A DNA stretch of 62,864 nt, counting the filler, from Polymyxa betae A26-41 (Eukaryota > Protista > Endomyxa: Phytomyxea), in assembly GCA_003693705.1 (NCBI GenBank). It is 8 parts of 8 records of this genome, joined end to end, with 100 filler letters (N's around TTAATTAATTAA, not from the genome) between each part and the next. Parts side by side here need not be neighbours in the genome. Positions count along the whole stretch, not along the records: positions 29,258 to 43,804 come from RBZT01000242.1; positions 43,905 to 56,681 come from RBZT01000600.1; 6 more parts are not named here. One strand, given 5' to 3'. A model generated the notes under the pieces. That model worked only from the letters and a program-made list of their open reading frames with translations. It did not search any database and was not told where the DNA came from. Both the position numbers and the translations under genes were made by a program. This document shows, one piece after another, positions 37,660-51,000 of the stretch. Position 1 is the stretch's first letter. Each line of letters starts with the position of its first letter.

Positions 37660-38130
37660 ACACAACAAGTACATTTGACGGATCATGGAAAACAATGTCA
37701 AATGGATTATCAGGCTCCTTACCTGTCCATACTGTGTATGGCGCCAATCCTCCCAGTCTGGCTTGCGGTCTGTGGTTCAAAGTGTGTTCCACTAGCTTAA
37801 CCAACCAAGGCCAGTCTTCCTTGTTCCATCTGAGCTCTGATATCAACGCTCGTAACAGGGCCAAGAAATGCTTATTGATATCTTCAATAGAGCCATTCGG
37901 ATAGTGCGAGTATGCAGTTGTCCAATGCTGTCGAGTGTTGCATTTACAAGCAGCCATTCAAAATCATGCTAGGCATTCTCCTTTTTGGGATAGACATACA
38001 GGTAATCAAAGTGAATAACCTGTCCTTTTTCATTGCCATGACACGCTTCCCCCAACCCGGAGCGAGAAACGCAACAAATATTAGTTATGAGAGAGTAAAT
38101 ATACTTCTGGTATTTCTGCAAGAATAAGTG
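37660..38130 (-). pseudogene. Gypsy family A integrase fragment with internal deletion
   Basis: LGEACHG...QVIHFDY, NGSIEDIN..FL.LLRALISELRW, HTLNHRPQARL. Confidence 0.85.
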
Positions 38131-38139
38131 TTTGCCGAT

Positions 38140-40479
38140 GTTGTATTTGGAGTAAAATGATTCAATCGTTTGCTGTTTCAACCTGCATCGGAATGCAGAT
38201 TGCATTTTATCAAGTTGAACGAAATGTGCAATAATTCTCAGTATTGGCATCATTGCTCTCATTGTGAACGCGCACACAAAGAAAACCCGGAATCTGTGGA
38301 TCCAAAACAGAAGTGTATCGGTCGCAAAAAAGCCTTCGAATCTCATCTTCGCGATTGTGAGCATTATGCTGCCGTCGCCGCCACTCCTCTCGGAGCTGTG
38401 GCGATATCTGCTCCTCAATCTCAATCAATTGCGACCTCAACTGCCGCTTCTGCTCCATCCAACAGTAATAAGCGATTCCGCCAGTCGACAATCAATTCAA
38501 ATTGTCCGGCTCCTTTGGATACTCATAATATAGCTTCGTTTCACAATCTTCTGTTGGAGTTCCAAGCGGAAAATAATCTCCCAGCAAACTTTATCAGTCG
38601 CCCGTCGACTAAACGGCTTTTTGAGTTTGTTAATCTACAATGTGCAAGGAATTTATCCAGCCGCCACGACCTTGGAGGTAAAATTTTGGACGCTTATTCT
38701 TCAGCAGCTTCCGCTGCCGACATCAACGCTCTTCGTACTGAACAAACAGCTGATTTGCGTGTTAACTTGCTCACGGACGCATGGGAGAACATCGCTCGGT
38801 CCCGTTGACTTACGATGCGTCAGTACTATCAAATCGCCAAGACGGGCTTGCCATTGCCGAGTTATTAGAAACACTTCTGATCCGTATGCAGCAGGAAGGT
38901 TGGAACGTTGGCTCCGTTGTTACCGACAACGCGGGTAAGTGCGGTCGAGCCAGGCGGATTCTTGCTCTGCGCTGGCCGAAAATGATTTTCCTTTTCTGTT
39001 TCGCCCACCAGGTAAATCTTTTGGTCAAGGACGTCATTAACGCGTCTTTCAAAGTTATCGCGAAAGAAGCCTATGATATCGTGGTGTGCCTGAACAGATC
39101 AACTGCAAAATGGCTGCCGCGTCTGCGCGATATTATGCAATCTCTATCTGGCGTCCATTTCTCGTTGATTCTAATGGCGGGCACGCGTTGGAACTCAATG
39201 CAGGCAATGTTTGCGTCTCTGCTTTGAGTAAAGACTGGACTGAGAATGTTTTTTATGCCCTGGGGCGGAAAGTCCGATTTCCCGATGGCTTTGACGGGAC
39301 TGCAGACGGATGACTTCTGGGTTAAGGTATGAGCAGTAACAAAATTGTTTTGGGTAAATTGAAGCTTTTCAATTGTAACGTGCGGATGCCGAGGAGGTCA
39401 TTCGTCCCCTATCGTTGTGTTCGTTTCGGTTACAGCAAGACCAAAACTCCATGGCTGACGTCCTTATGAATTTTGGTAATGTCTTTATCAGCTTTTCTGA
39501 TAGCATGCATCGCGACGAACTTATTCCTTGCATTGAGAAACGGTGGGAGGATTGCGAACAGCCGTTATTCGTGTTGGCCCAGCTCTTGCATCCAGGATGT
39601 CGAAAGCTTTTTCAAATACTTCCGGAAACATCATTGACATCCCTCGTTCATTTATCCGAAATCTGCATTTTCTATTTTATGCGGTTCTTTGGTCACGAAC
39701 ACGGACAGCTCCGCCAAGAGATAATGGGCTGGCAAAACTCCGAGGAATACTTTAACGGGATTAGCTCTTCGGAGTTCTCGGAACCGATCGCTTTCTGGAA
39801 ACTTATTCGGCAAGGGTATCCAAACTGTCGCCTAGCTCGTTTGGCACTCGTTATATTGAGCGTTTCTATCAATACTGCTACCTGCGAACGGCTTTTCAGC
39901 GAGCTTGCAATGATTCATTCTGCTCGACGAAACCGTTTGTGCCCAGGAAAGGTTAAGAAGTTAAGCATTGTTCGCAGCTCTGTTCGAAAGAAGAATTTAC
40001 GTGAGTGTTTGGCCAAGCCAGCCACGAACGACGCCGCTGTCGTCAGCCGTATTATTGATCCCACGGAACGGCGTATCAATGGAGAAGAGCAATCAGAAAT
40101 AGTTATTGTTACTTTGGATGAAATGGATACGGATAACCAATCCGAGGGCGGAAGCTGTCAGCCGCTGAATCCCAAGATGTGTTCTTGTTAAATTAAGAGG
40201 TTCTCGACTTGATGGCGNNNNNNAAGAAGTTGAGATAGCGTCTGGTTTAGTTCGATCAAACTGGCCGGACTGGAATGACCCAAACTGGCCTCAGGAACCG
40301 CGCGCCTCTCGCCTGACTGGCATACGGGGCCGTAAGCAAACTCTTGCTGTATTATTGAAAGACGTAGATGCAAACGCCTGGACATTTCACTGAACGTTTT
40401 GCTTGCTCAAGGGTTTAAATGTTTAAACCTATATAAACATGTTTAAACATTTAAACCTAGTTTAAACGTTGGCAATCTG
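38140..40479 (+). mobile_element. hAT transposon (DUF659-type), decayed, right terminus retained
   Basis: BED-like CSHC..HLRDC, TDAWEN, VVTDNAG, CFAHQVNL, TRWNS, NTATCERLFS. TTTAAAC subterminal repeats at 40412-40467, ending GTTGGCAATCTG. Confidence 0.9.
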
Positions 40480-43220
40480 CGTAGCGGAGGTTTTTATACA
40501 ACACTACATTCGAGCTGCAGAACAAGCGTTGAGAGCAGCTTCTTGTATACAGGCTTACATTCGCGGAATGACCTCAATATTGATGACGATAAGTTTCGCA
40601 TTATATCAGCACTCTGTGAAGCCTTAGGACTTCAGAGAATCAATATTCATAAGAAGACCTTTCGTGTTGTTTCCAGTAACGCCGTGATTCTGGTGTCCTC
40701 TATTGTTCTGGCCGGCATGAGGTTACTGGGAAGGGGGGATTCTCTGAAATTGTCAAGATGGTTCTTATGTGGATGCAATCCGCAGGTTAACCGGAACCAT
40801 GACATTGAAGGAACAAAATTATCGCCATGGATCGTGGATATATGAATCCAGATCTTGTTGAATATCTCTGCCAGCAATGCTTTAAGTTGATAGGCACGTT
40901 CAAGCTACTAAAATCAGGCCCATTCACTTTCGGTAATACAGGCCAAGGATTCGGACGGCATTTTGTTGAAAAAGGCGCGAAGAGCATGTAAGTCGCACGA
41001 AAGGAATTATCCGACCGCTGGGTTTATGCTATCGCCCACCGAGGTAGTCGCGGTCGGGTCGCTCTGATATTCTCCAAAGCTCCTCGGTTATCCGACTGGT
41101 TTCTGCGTCCGAAGCGTGCTGGCTCGTTTGAGGTATCTGAGCCTGGTCATGTTTTGTTCCAAACCACATTAGACGAATGTACTGAAGAAGTTACCCGAAG
41201 CCAAGGCGGTGTAAAGTGGCATTTTTTACGGGTTGGATTGATAACTTCCACTGTAGCTCAGACGGTTTAACCACCTGTTTCGAGGGTTTCGATACCCCTA
41301 TCGAAATACAATTGCTTTCTACAATCGGTACTCGTGGTCCGGCGGGTGATCCAACGATTTCTCGGGAGCAACTCACTGCGAATACCGCGAATCAAATCAA
41401 AGCGCTTTTTTTAAATCGAGGAATCAACCATGCCCGGGCATTCAACAGGACCTGATCGATCGTCTTCTTCTTCCCATTGAAGATCGTCCGGTTAGGTAGA
41501 CCGCTGCTCTTATGATGTCATGGTTCATGAAGCCTGTCACCAGTTCCAAATTGAAAATCGGAAGCATTAACGAATCGAATATTCGAGCTGCTCTCCCATC
41601 TTTCTTGCAAACACACGGTTAAAGTTTTCGGATCGTTGGCGACATTGTCCAGCGTGGTTTGCTGCGTCGTATCATCCATTAATGACACAAACGACCATCT
41701 TCTTGCAACATCCTGATACCACCTGAGTTGGAAGAAACGTCAGCAATTGTTTGCGTGTTGGAACTGAAGACCATGACTGCAGCTCAAACGGTTACTGAGG
41801 CGGAACATCTTCTGGACGCTGCGAGGCAGATTTGTGACAACCTCAACCAGGGCCTGTTTGTCACATCGATGGACCGGCCGTTGCTCAATAAATTAATTTG
41901 GACAACGGGTTATCGATCCCAGGTGCTTCATCCTTTGGCTGATACTGGTATTGATGTCTTATTTGTAGTCTCAACTACCAAATCTTCTCTGTGCTTGTAG
42001 AAGTAAGCTCGGAATGCCGCCGTATATTCTCTTCGATTAATCTCACGAAATGTGTTGAACATCTGCAATTTTTCTGCGGAAGCAATATCACAGGTCCGAT
42101 CGATCTAGCCCTGATGACGTTGGTCACCTTGTCGATATGCATAAGCTGCAAATCTGGAGAATGTTGCAGAATGCAAATGATGACGATCGTCTCCACTGCC
42201 TGCTGCATAAGATCTGGCTCCTTTTGCTGTTGTCTCCCTCATCTTGAAAAACGTTAAGATCGATTTCCGTTCGTTATCACCTGGAGCGTTCATTTTCATT
42301 CGCTTTGTCATGATAGGGCTAATGAATTCGCAAATGGCCTTGCTGTCGCTGAAGATAGAGCACGAACTGCCTAACTTCTATTCTTTCAAGCAATTAAAGC
42401 AGCGCTTAAATAAATTGGGATCGATTTTCTGCAGGATGTTGTTGAGAAATGGGATCCGTCATCTTCCCTTATATCGACCAGGGAAGACGTTTTGAGGCTG
42501 CAAATTCTCTGGCAGTGGTACGGCCTTTGATTCCCGAAGCGCCCGCCGACAACATTCCACAAACGCCTGTGAGGAATATTTTCAAGTGGCTAAATGGAGC
42601 AAATTGGGAAGCAAATGAGGCTCCGTAAAGACGTCCATCACAGGTTAACAACAAAAACTTTTCGTCATTGCTGTAGTTGTGGCATGCAAACGACTGCTTA
42701 CTGCACCGTTTGCGGCGTTACTGCATGTGTTCAATTGGCGGGTAATAGGCACGTTACCTGTATGGATCTGAACCATTCTGCTGACCGCTTTGAGTAAAGG
42801 GTTCGTTCTAGAAGAGACCCTGGGCAGCGCGTCCGTAGAGGTCGCAATGCTAGGTCGGAAACCCCTCGAACAGAACGAAGCAGTCGCCAACGTCCAGAGA
42901 CCCCCTACCATTCATCCCCCGGACGAACAGCCACGTCGATCTCGTCGCCAGCGTGTTGAATAAACGCTTTTTCGTAACCGTGAATATTATTCACCCTTAA
43001 CCCAATTTCCTAATATTCCGTGGGTCTAAAAATCCTAGACCCTAGCCTTTGATTTAATAGGTTTTAATAGAGTGTTTTCAGATTTTTTTATCAATCGATT
43101 CGAGAATACGAGTAGATCATAATATTGGGATTGGAAAATTTACCATGGCCGATCCGGTAAATACCAGGCGACTCAAAGTGAAGAGTGAATAATATTCACT
43201 CTACGCAGTGCGCATCAGGG
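40480..43220 (+). mobile_element. Divergent piggyBac-like element copy 2: transposase pseudogene with embedded YqaJ-like exonuclease and C-terminal Cys-rich domain
   Basis: IDDDK (40582), MDRGY..LVEYL....LIGT (40827), YqaJ motifs 41190-41925, CRD CCSC..TTAYCTVC...C..C...H (42660-42780), terminus CAGGG|TTAT. Confidence 0.72.
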
Positions 43221-43904
43221 TTATATCACTGTTACAGCCCACCGAAACACTTACCTAGAAGAAAAATTAAAAGCTCAGTGGTATACCATTAGGGTTCATC
43301 GAACCCAAAACATTCGCAGAATCAGAGTCAAGCGCGTTGTCAAAATATTGGTTCAGCGCGGTGATGAAGTATCTAACGCGTCATCAGATAACATGATAGG
43401 GAAAGACTTTGATCTCATACAGTATGTATATAACACATCAGAAACGAGAAATAGGCAGCAAGTGGGTATTCACACTTAAAACCATAAACACTGAGAACAT
43501 CCCAAAGAATGAATCATGGATCTTGAAGTATCAACTATGAGGACTGGGACAGGGCGAGAAAGGATTAATGAAGGCTACGAAGAAGCAGGCGAATAAGAGA
43601 TAATAAGAATCGATTAGATTCGAGACTGCTTGTATTTCGATAAACAGAGAAAGCAAAGGATCGAAGTTGTGAGTCACGATACTTGAGTCAACAGGAACTT
43701 GGAATTGATGGTCATGAGGTAGCTCGGAAGCTGAACGGAAGTAGTGAATCATGAGATTACCCCCCTTCTAGACGAGCGGGTACCAGACGCTCGAGAGGGT
43801 TGTGNNNNNNNNNNNNNNNNNNNNNNNNNNNNNNNNNNNNNNNNNNNNTTAATTAATTAANNNNNNNNNNNNNNNNNNNNNNNNNNNNNNNNNNNNNNNN
43901 NNNN

Positions 43905-44412
43905 CTGATTGAGTCACACTGATTGGGCATGCGACTGAGGGCTCGTCGTCGATGCCATCATTGCTGTCGATCGAATAAACCTCACTCCTTAAAACACTCT
44001 CAATCGACTAACACAACTAATTGTTTCGCGGGTCAATGTCAATGCCCGTTTCCTGTTTGATAGGCGTGGTAGGTAGCTGAGTGTTTGCAGCGGTTGCTAA
44101 GGAGCCCATAATCTGTTGGATGGATAAAGAACGAACAAGACACACGTTGTTTGAATGAGAGAATTGAGAGTGAGTGTTTTATTTCCTGTTGCATCCGGTT
44201 AGAATCGTTTCTTGATTCGGACGCCGTGGCTGCCGTGCTGACGTGGCGTCTCCACTCGGGATGAGAATCCTGGAATCTTGATATATGGCCGGTTTTTTAT
44301 ATGGCCATTGCTGACGTGGCTTCCCATGACAGAGGATGTAGCTGCAGACGTGTCATGCCGTGTACGGACTTGCGGAAGAAATGGCCGGAATCCAGCAAAT
44401 TTATCTCTAACA
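43905..44412 (-). mobile_element. Ty1/Copia 5' LTR (44114-44412), half-tRNA-Met-type PBS (44101-44113) and leader
   Basis: TGTTAGAG...TCCAACA with TATAAAA and AATAAA, directly followed by GATTATGGGCTCC (compare copia GGTTATGGGCCC). Confidence 0.75.
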
Positions 44413-44429
44413 GGATTTAATATGGCCTA

Positions 44430-44962
44430 TATTAAATATTTTCTTTTCAAAATTGTTTGCGATTGCCTATCTTGAGTTCTGATACTTTGCCTCAGATAAA
44501 GCCTGAGGAGAGGTGGGATGGTTGGCAAGTCCTAGATCCTTCCATGACCATCGACGGCGTTGACTGTTATCGCTCAGAACGCAGGCCCTTGGATAGAGCA
44601 TATTTCTCCCACAAACTGAATCACTCTGGTTTACGATACTTAATTGCTTTATCCATGGATCCTAGCAGAAAACAAAAATTGTTTGGTGGGGCGGAGGTGT
44701 CCCTTGCGGCGCAAAACCCGACTTAAAACTGGCCCGCGAGATCTTTATCCAGGTGCTGGAACCAGGAGAAAGAGCTCTTGCTGATTTAGGATTTCAGGAT
44801 GCACGTTTCTTCACAACTCCAATCCCTCGTGCTGCCAATGATTGGGATAGTGAGTTTAATAGGCAGCACAAAGCAGAAATGGCCTGCCATGAAACAATCA
44901 ATAAGCGCATTAAACAGTTTGCGATCCTTCGCGACTTCCGACATGTGGAGGATGCTAAGCAT
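44430..44962 (+). pseudogene. PIF/Harbinger/ISL2EU-group (DDE_Tnp_4) transposase remnant, distinct family
   Basis: TIDGVDC, YFSHKLNHSGLRY, LEPGERALADLGF, HETINKRIKQF..L..FRH. Cut by a Gypsy LTR. Confidence 0.8.
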
Positions 44963-45003
44963 TGTCAGGGTACGGACGGGAATGCGACGCCAGGCGTTGC
45001 GCC

Positions 45004-45058
45004 AGACAAGACGGACAGACAGACATACAGACAGAAAGGCAGACAGACAGACAGACAA
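45004..45058 (+). repeat. Imperfect (GACA)n microsatellite inside the LTR
   Basis: agacaagacggacagacagacatacagacagaaaggcagacagacagacagacaa. Confidence 0.85.
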
Positions 45059-45409
45059 GGAAAGAAGGTAAGATTGAAGGTCTATCTTGAGAACTGAATG
45101 GTTAGAACAACGAGTGTCCCTAATGACACTCGCTGAGAACATTCTCTATAATGTGCGTAGCCGGGACAAGAAGTTACGTAGCCGGTAACATAACACCGGG
45201 TAACGTAATCAAACTTGGCCTTTGCTTGCCCGATCCCTGACATCACCCCTCCTTCTAGAGCTGCTTCTTAAAGACGCCTGCTTAGAACGTGGACCGGGTT
45301 TTTCAGGATATCGACTGTGAAAAGAATTTATAAGATCCTTCAGATGACGAATGTTGCTGGCGGGTTCCCATGACTTTTCAGACGTAGGATAACCTTCCCA
45401 TTCGATTAA

Positions 45410-48076
45410 CGAACCTGCTAGTTGTACGACGGGTCGCACAACTAAGTTATTGTGCGACTGCGTAACTAGTTGCGCGTGCGACTCTATATAGAGGGTAGGT
45501 GAAGCGGCAATTCGATCGCGGTGCCCCCTTAGATTGCATTACGACGGACTCAGATGTTCAAACGTTGGGCTGCTTTTCTCGTTGGCAGCGCAGAAGCTTC
45601 GGCCGACAGCTGCCTTCCTGATCACAGCACAGACGATGCCGCCTTGGACGCTCATTCCTGTGGTGCCTCTCCCACGGCCTTACTATGTGGCGGTTCTGAC
45701 GAGTCTTACGAAGAACTCCATCAAGATGATTCGGAACCAAACCACCTTATGACCAACACTGATTGTGCACCGGCCTGTGGTGCACCGGTGCCATCAAGCA
45801 TTGAAGTTCACTGCAATGGAAGCGAAATCGCCAAGGGATCTATTTTCGCAACTTTGACAGAAGCAAAGGAGCTCTGTACTGCCTTTGCACAATGTCCTAT
45901 TCGGCAATCCAGTACAAAAAAGCTCAAGTATGTAACTTTCTCATGTTTTATAGGCGGAGCACCGGTTGCATATGATTCCAAAGTCGAGGAAGAATTCCAG
46001 AGAACGAAATGGAGTTCTAGAATCGGATGTCCTTTCACGATCAGATTGAAGAAGAACGAAGAAATCGGAATCTACGAAGTCACTGAAGTATTATCAATCC
46101 ATAATCACGAACTATTTGCGGATGATGAACTTTGGCTTCTTCCACAGAATCGTCATATTCCTGAGGAAGTGAAACAGAAGATCCTGTCTCTAAATCATCA
46201 CGGTGTTCTGACCTGCGATCAAATCATTTGCTTGATCGAAAACGATCATTTTCCAGACCTTCAAGTCTCATGGACTAAACGTGATGTGCAAAACTTATTG
46301 CAACAGCACACCAATATAAAATTCTAGACTCACGAATTTGTTTCGCTTCTTACTCGAAAGCGTATTGATGGCTGGGAAATACAGATCCAGCTCAACGAAG
46401 AAACGCTCAGATTGGAGCGAATAATTTTGGATGCCGAAATCGGGAAAGGAGAAGTATGGATCTTTCTTCGATGTCTTGGAAATTGATGCGACTTACAAGA
46501 CCAATAGGTAAGGTTTTGCCAGCAGGTGATCAATGGGTTTTAAAATAAAATAGATTTCGCATGCCGTTAGTTCTCTTCACGGTGGTTGATAACCATGGCT
46601 TGACTAACCTGGTAGCGGGATGCTTGCTGTCCAACGAAAAGCGTGAATCCTATGAATGGGCGCTTACGCTGTTCGAGGTTGTAGACAGCTGCATCGTTCG
46701 ATCACGATTCGATTCTGAAACTCAGTCTTGGAACTCTCGCCATCCAACAATCCTGTTCACAGACGGCGATACAGAACTTGCAAAAGCAATCCAGGAAGTT
46801 TGGCCGAAGACGATTCATCTACTATGCAGATTCCATATCGCACAGAACATCAATCGAGCACTTGCTGGAACTCTCCGGAAGAGACTAAACGAATTCCTGT
46901 CTGACTTCTGGCGCATCGGCGCCATTGAAAGTATCGAAGAGTTCGAGTCTGAATTCTCTGATCTGGAGACGAAATGGGCCGAAGCCAGCAAATATATTCC
47001 ATTTCTGAAAGCAAAACGACAAAAATGGGCATTTGCATACACCCATCAACCCTTTGTTGCTGGGATATCATCAACCCAACGCCAAAAGCAAGTCAATTGC
47101 CAAATTAAGTCGTCCCTAATGAGCAACTCTTCTTTGCAGCGAATAATCGATGGTTTTGAGAGAGTTGAAAAAAGATCTGCAGAACGACTGTTACAAGCTA
47201 CTGTCGCAACCAAACTTGCTTCCGTGACTGATGACCCCATCATCCATGACTGTATGAAGCTGACCTTATATGCCGTAAAACTGGTCAAACAAGAATGTTC
47301 ACAGTCACTATCCTATAAGTGTTCTGTCGAATGCGGCTCATTCCAAATGTTCCGCGTCTCGCATAAGGATGCCCCCATGAGCAAGTATCGGACGGTCACA
47401 ATTAACTCGGAATCACCACTCGCAATTCATTGCTCTTGTCGCAAACCAGTTTGGCATGGCGTCGTATGCCGGCATATTCTAACTGTGTTGCGGCACCGAA
47501 ACATCCTCTCTTGTCCAATTGAGCTATTTAACCCCCGTTGGCGCAGAACATTTATTGATTCTACACCCACGAAAAACATGCTTGAGTGCGCTATAGGGAT
47601 TGGGCCTTCAACCCGTGTTGCCGACGTTAATGGGCAGGAGAGGCCAAATCTTACTGAAGACGACAGGATATCCGACCTCGCCGCGATCTCGAAAGATCTG
47701 ATTATACGCTCGGTCTCTAATGACACTACTTACCAGTACGTCAGATCAATGCTTTTAACGACCTACAATAGTCTAGTCAAGTCTCAGAATTTGCAGCAAG
47801 GCGATAATGTGGATAACTGATGACAATGTTATTCGCAATCCGTTGAAAACTCGGACAAAGGGACGCCCAAAAACGGGTGGCAAACGATACATGAGCCAGG
47901 CCGAAAAACAGCAGCGACAACATAAGAAGAATAAACAGGCCGACTGATATCGGCATTAATTGGGCAAGAAGGGAGACCCTCGACTGGTATATAGAGTCGC
48001 ACGCGCAACTAGTTGTGCGACTGCGTGGTCGCACAATTAGTTAGTTGTGCGACCCGTCGTACAACTAGCAGGTTCG
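45410..48076 (+). mobile_element. Complete Mutator-like element (MULE), 2667 bp
   Basis: Long TIRs starting CGAACCTGCTAGTTGTACGACGGGTCGCACAACTAA. Perfect 9-bp TSD TTCGATTAA at 45401-45409 and 48077-48085. Confidence 0.97.
45554..47930 (+). pseudogene. MULE transposase (FAR1-like DBD, DDE, SWIM), lightly disabled, with short intron(s)
   Basis: GCPF..HNHEL, DATYKTN|RF, TDGD, CRFH, CSC..GVVCRH. Stop at 46327 and a frameshift near 46430. GT-AG intron 46508-46553. Confidence 0.9.
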
Positions 48077-51000
48077 TTCGATTAAATATTGCAATTGGTT
48101 TCGATAGAATCTCGAATCCAAAATTCTTCAACAATAAAATGCGGTTCGTTATCGATATTTATGGGTGGGGGAGGAGGCTGAACTCTGTTCTGAAATACAT
48201 TCTGAGCATGTGGTTCAAGCAAAGAAACGTGAAAGGTAGGATGTATCTTCATTGTCGGCGGCAGTTCTAATTCATAAGCGACTTCGCTTATAACCTCTTT
48301 GATCTTAAATGGCCCGATATACTGGTAATCTAGTTTCTGGGATGTCCGTCTACTTTTCAGGTTCTTCGTAGACAGCCACACTAAATCGCCTACCAGGAAT
48401 TTAGGATTCTCTTTGCGGCGTCGATCTGCATTCGACTTATAATCTTTCTGAAATAGCCTCAAAATTTCTGATAGAAATTCGTTCAGTTGGACAAAGTCTT
48501 GAATAAACATTTCGGCACGTGGAACTACAGTTGCATGCGGAGATAAAAATCTGCTCTAGGATCAAATCCGTAGTTTGCAAAAAATGGCGAAGCACCGAGA
48601 CCGGAATGCGCAAAATTATTGTAAGCGAACTCGGGTAAATGTAAGTATTTAAACCCTATGTGAATTATCATGCTGTTGATAATTCACATAACAACGCAGA
48701 TATTGCTCTAAAACCTGGTTAATTCGTTCGGTCTGTCCATCAGACTCAGGATGATATGCAGATGATAGATTAATCTTGGTTTTGGATAACTCAAAGATAC
48801 GAGACCAGAAACGTGAGATAAACTGAGATCCTCGATCCGAAACTATATCAGATGGAAGACCGTGATGTCGGAAGACATGTTTCATGAATGCATCCACAGT
48901 CTGTTCCGCATTCAAAATTTTGGGACATGGAATAAAAACGGCTTGTTTCGATCTACGGCAGACGATCGCAAATACAGCGGTGCATCCCTCGGATTTGGGT
49001 AAATCCGTGATAAAGTCCATTGAAATTGAATTCCAGTTACGATCTGGTATTGCTAGCGGTTTCAAAAGTCCCCACGGCTTCTGTTTTGAAGATTTTGATC
49101 TTCTACAAATTTCACATGTACGGACGAAATCGGATACAGAACGTCGAACTCCAGGCCACCAAACGTCTCGTGTTACCAAATCGAAAGTACGATTACGACC
49201 GAAATGTCCGGCAACTGGAGAGCCATGTTGATGTTGCAGAATAGATAAAAGGAGATTGTTAGAATCAGGAATATAAATTCGCTCATCACGAAGCAAAATA
49301 CCATTGTGTAAACGACATTCGTGACCGCCAGGATCTTCCCAAAAACCGTTTTCATTGCGAACGTGAGGTAATGGTTTCAACAAAGCAGTCGTTAGAACAA
49401 GCTTTCTGTCTGTCTTCAAAATCTGGAGCAGTCTGTAACGAGATATCATAAAGGCGAAAATTATCCGGACGGAATAGCAAATCAGGGGATTTTACAGAAT
49501 CGGAGATGGCAGATTCATAGTCCGGACGCCTAGACAAAGCGTCAGGTTTACCATTTTTGATCCTGGGACGCGGACAGAAATAGAAGTCAAAACGGCTGAA
49601 GAATAAGCTCCATCGTGCCTGTCTCTGTGACAAAGATTTCTTTTTCTGAAACTCAATCAGATTTCTGTGGTCGGTATAAACAAGTACCGGATGTTGCTCT
49701 CCCTCCAGGTAATGTCGCCATTCCTCAAATGCAGCTTTGACAGCAAGTAATTCCTTATCCTCAATGTCATAGTTGCGTTCGGCGGAATTCAACGATCTAG
49801 AATAATAAGCACATGGATGTAGTCGGATATTTTCGGATTGATGATACTGAGATAATACGGCACCGATTGCAAAGTTTGAAGCATCGACTTCAACAATAAA
49901 CTGCTGGGTTGGGTCTGGAATACGAAGGATAGGGGCTTCTGTTAATAGCTTCTTAAGATGGTCGAAAGCCAATTGCTGTTCCGAAGTCCAACAAAATTCG
50001 CAGGTTTTCGAGAGCAAACGGGTTAACGGGCGAACAATGCCAGAAAAATTCGAGATCAATCGACGATAAAAGTTTGCAAATCCTAGAAATACTTGTAGTT
50101 CCCGAACAGAAGTTGGCTCTTTCCTTTCCAAGACGTGATGCTTTGAATCTTCTTAGAATCCATTTCAACGCCATCATGAGAAATTATAAATCCGCGGAAT
50201 TCTGTCTTTTGTAAACCGAACTCCTGTCTTTTGTAAACCGAACTCGCATTTCTCCGGTTTGACAAACAAGTGATGCTTCCGAAGCGTTTTTTGGACGAGA
50301 CGAACGTGTTCTCGATGTTCTGCCCCACTTTGGGAGTAAATCAGTATATCGTCCAAATAAACCACTAGAAATTTGTCCAGAAAATCGCGGAAAATGTCGT
50401 TAAGCAAATGTTGAAATGTGGCAGGAGCATTTACCAGACCAAACGGCATAACCACGTATTCAAAATGTCCGTATCGAGTCCGAAACGCAGTCTTCCATTC
50501 GTCTCCATTATGTATTCTGACCAGATTTATGCAGATCGTAAATCTAATTTTGTGAAAAAATTTCATCCTCTGACGGTCAAAAAGTTCAGCTATAAGTGGC
50601 AGAGGATAGCGATTCCGTTTGGTAATACGGTTCAAGCCACGGTAATCGACACACATACATAATGTACCATCCTTCGTTTTCACAAACAGTATTGGTGCTC
50701 CAGCAGGCGAACGTGAATGCCGGATGAAGCCTTTCGCTAGATTTTCTTTTAGATAATCACGAAGAGCTTTCAGTTCTGGTTCCCACAAACTGTATATAGG
50801 ACCGAAAGGCGGACTTTCACCAGTGTACAGTTCAATCTGACAGTCGTATGGCCGATGCGGGGGGAGTTCATCCGCACGTTTTTTATCGAACACATCAGCA
50901 AAATCGGAATAGTCTTCAGGTACACAATCATTCGATTTGCTGTTTATATCATGCGCAGAATTCTCAGACGCTTAATAGACTGTACAATAATCATTTTCCG

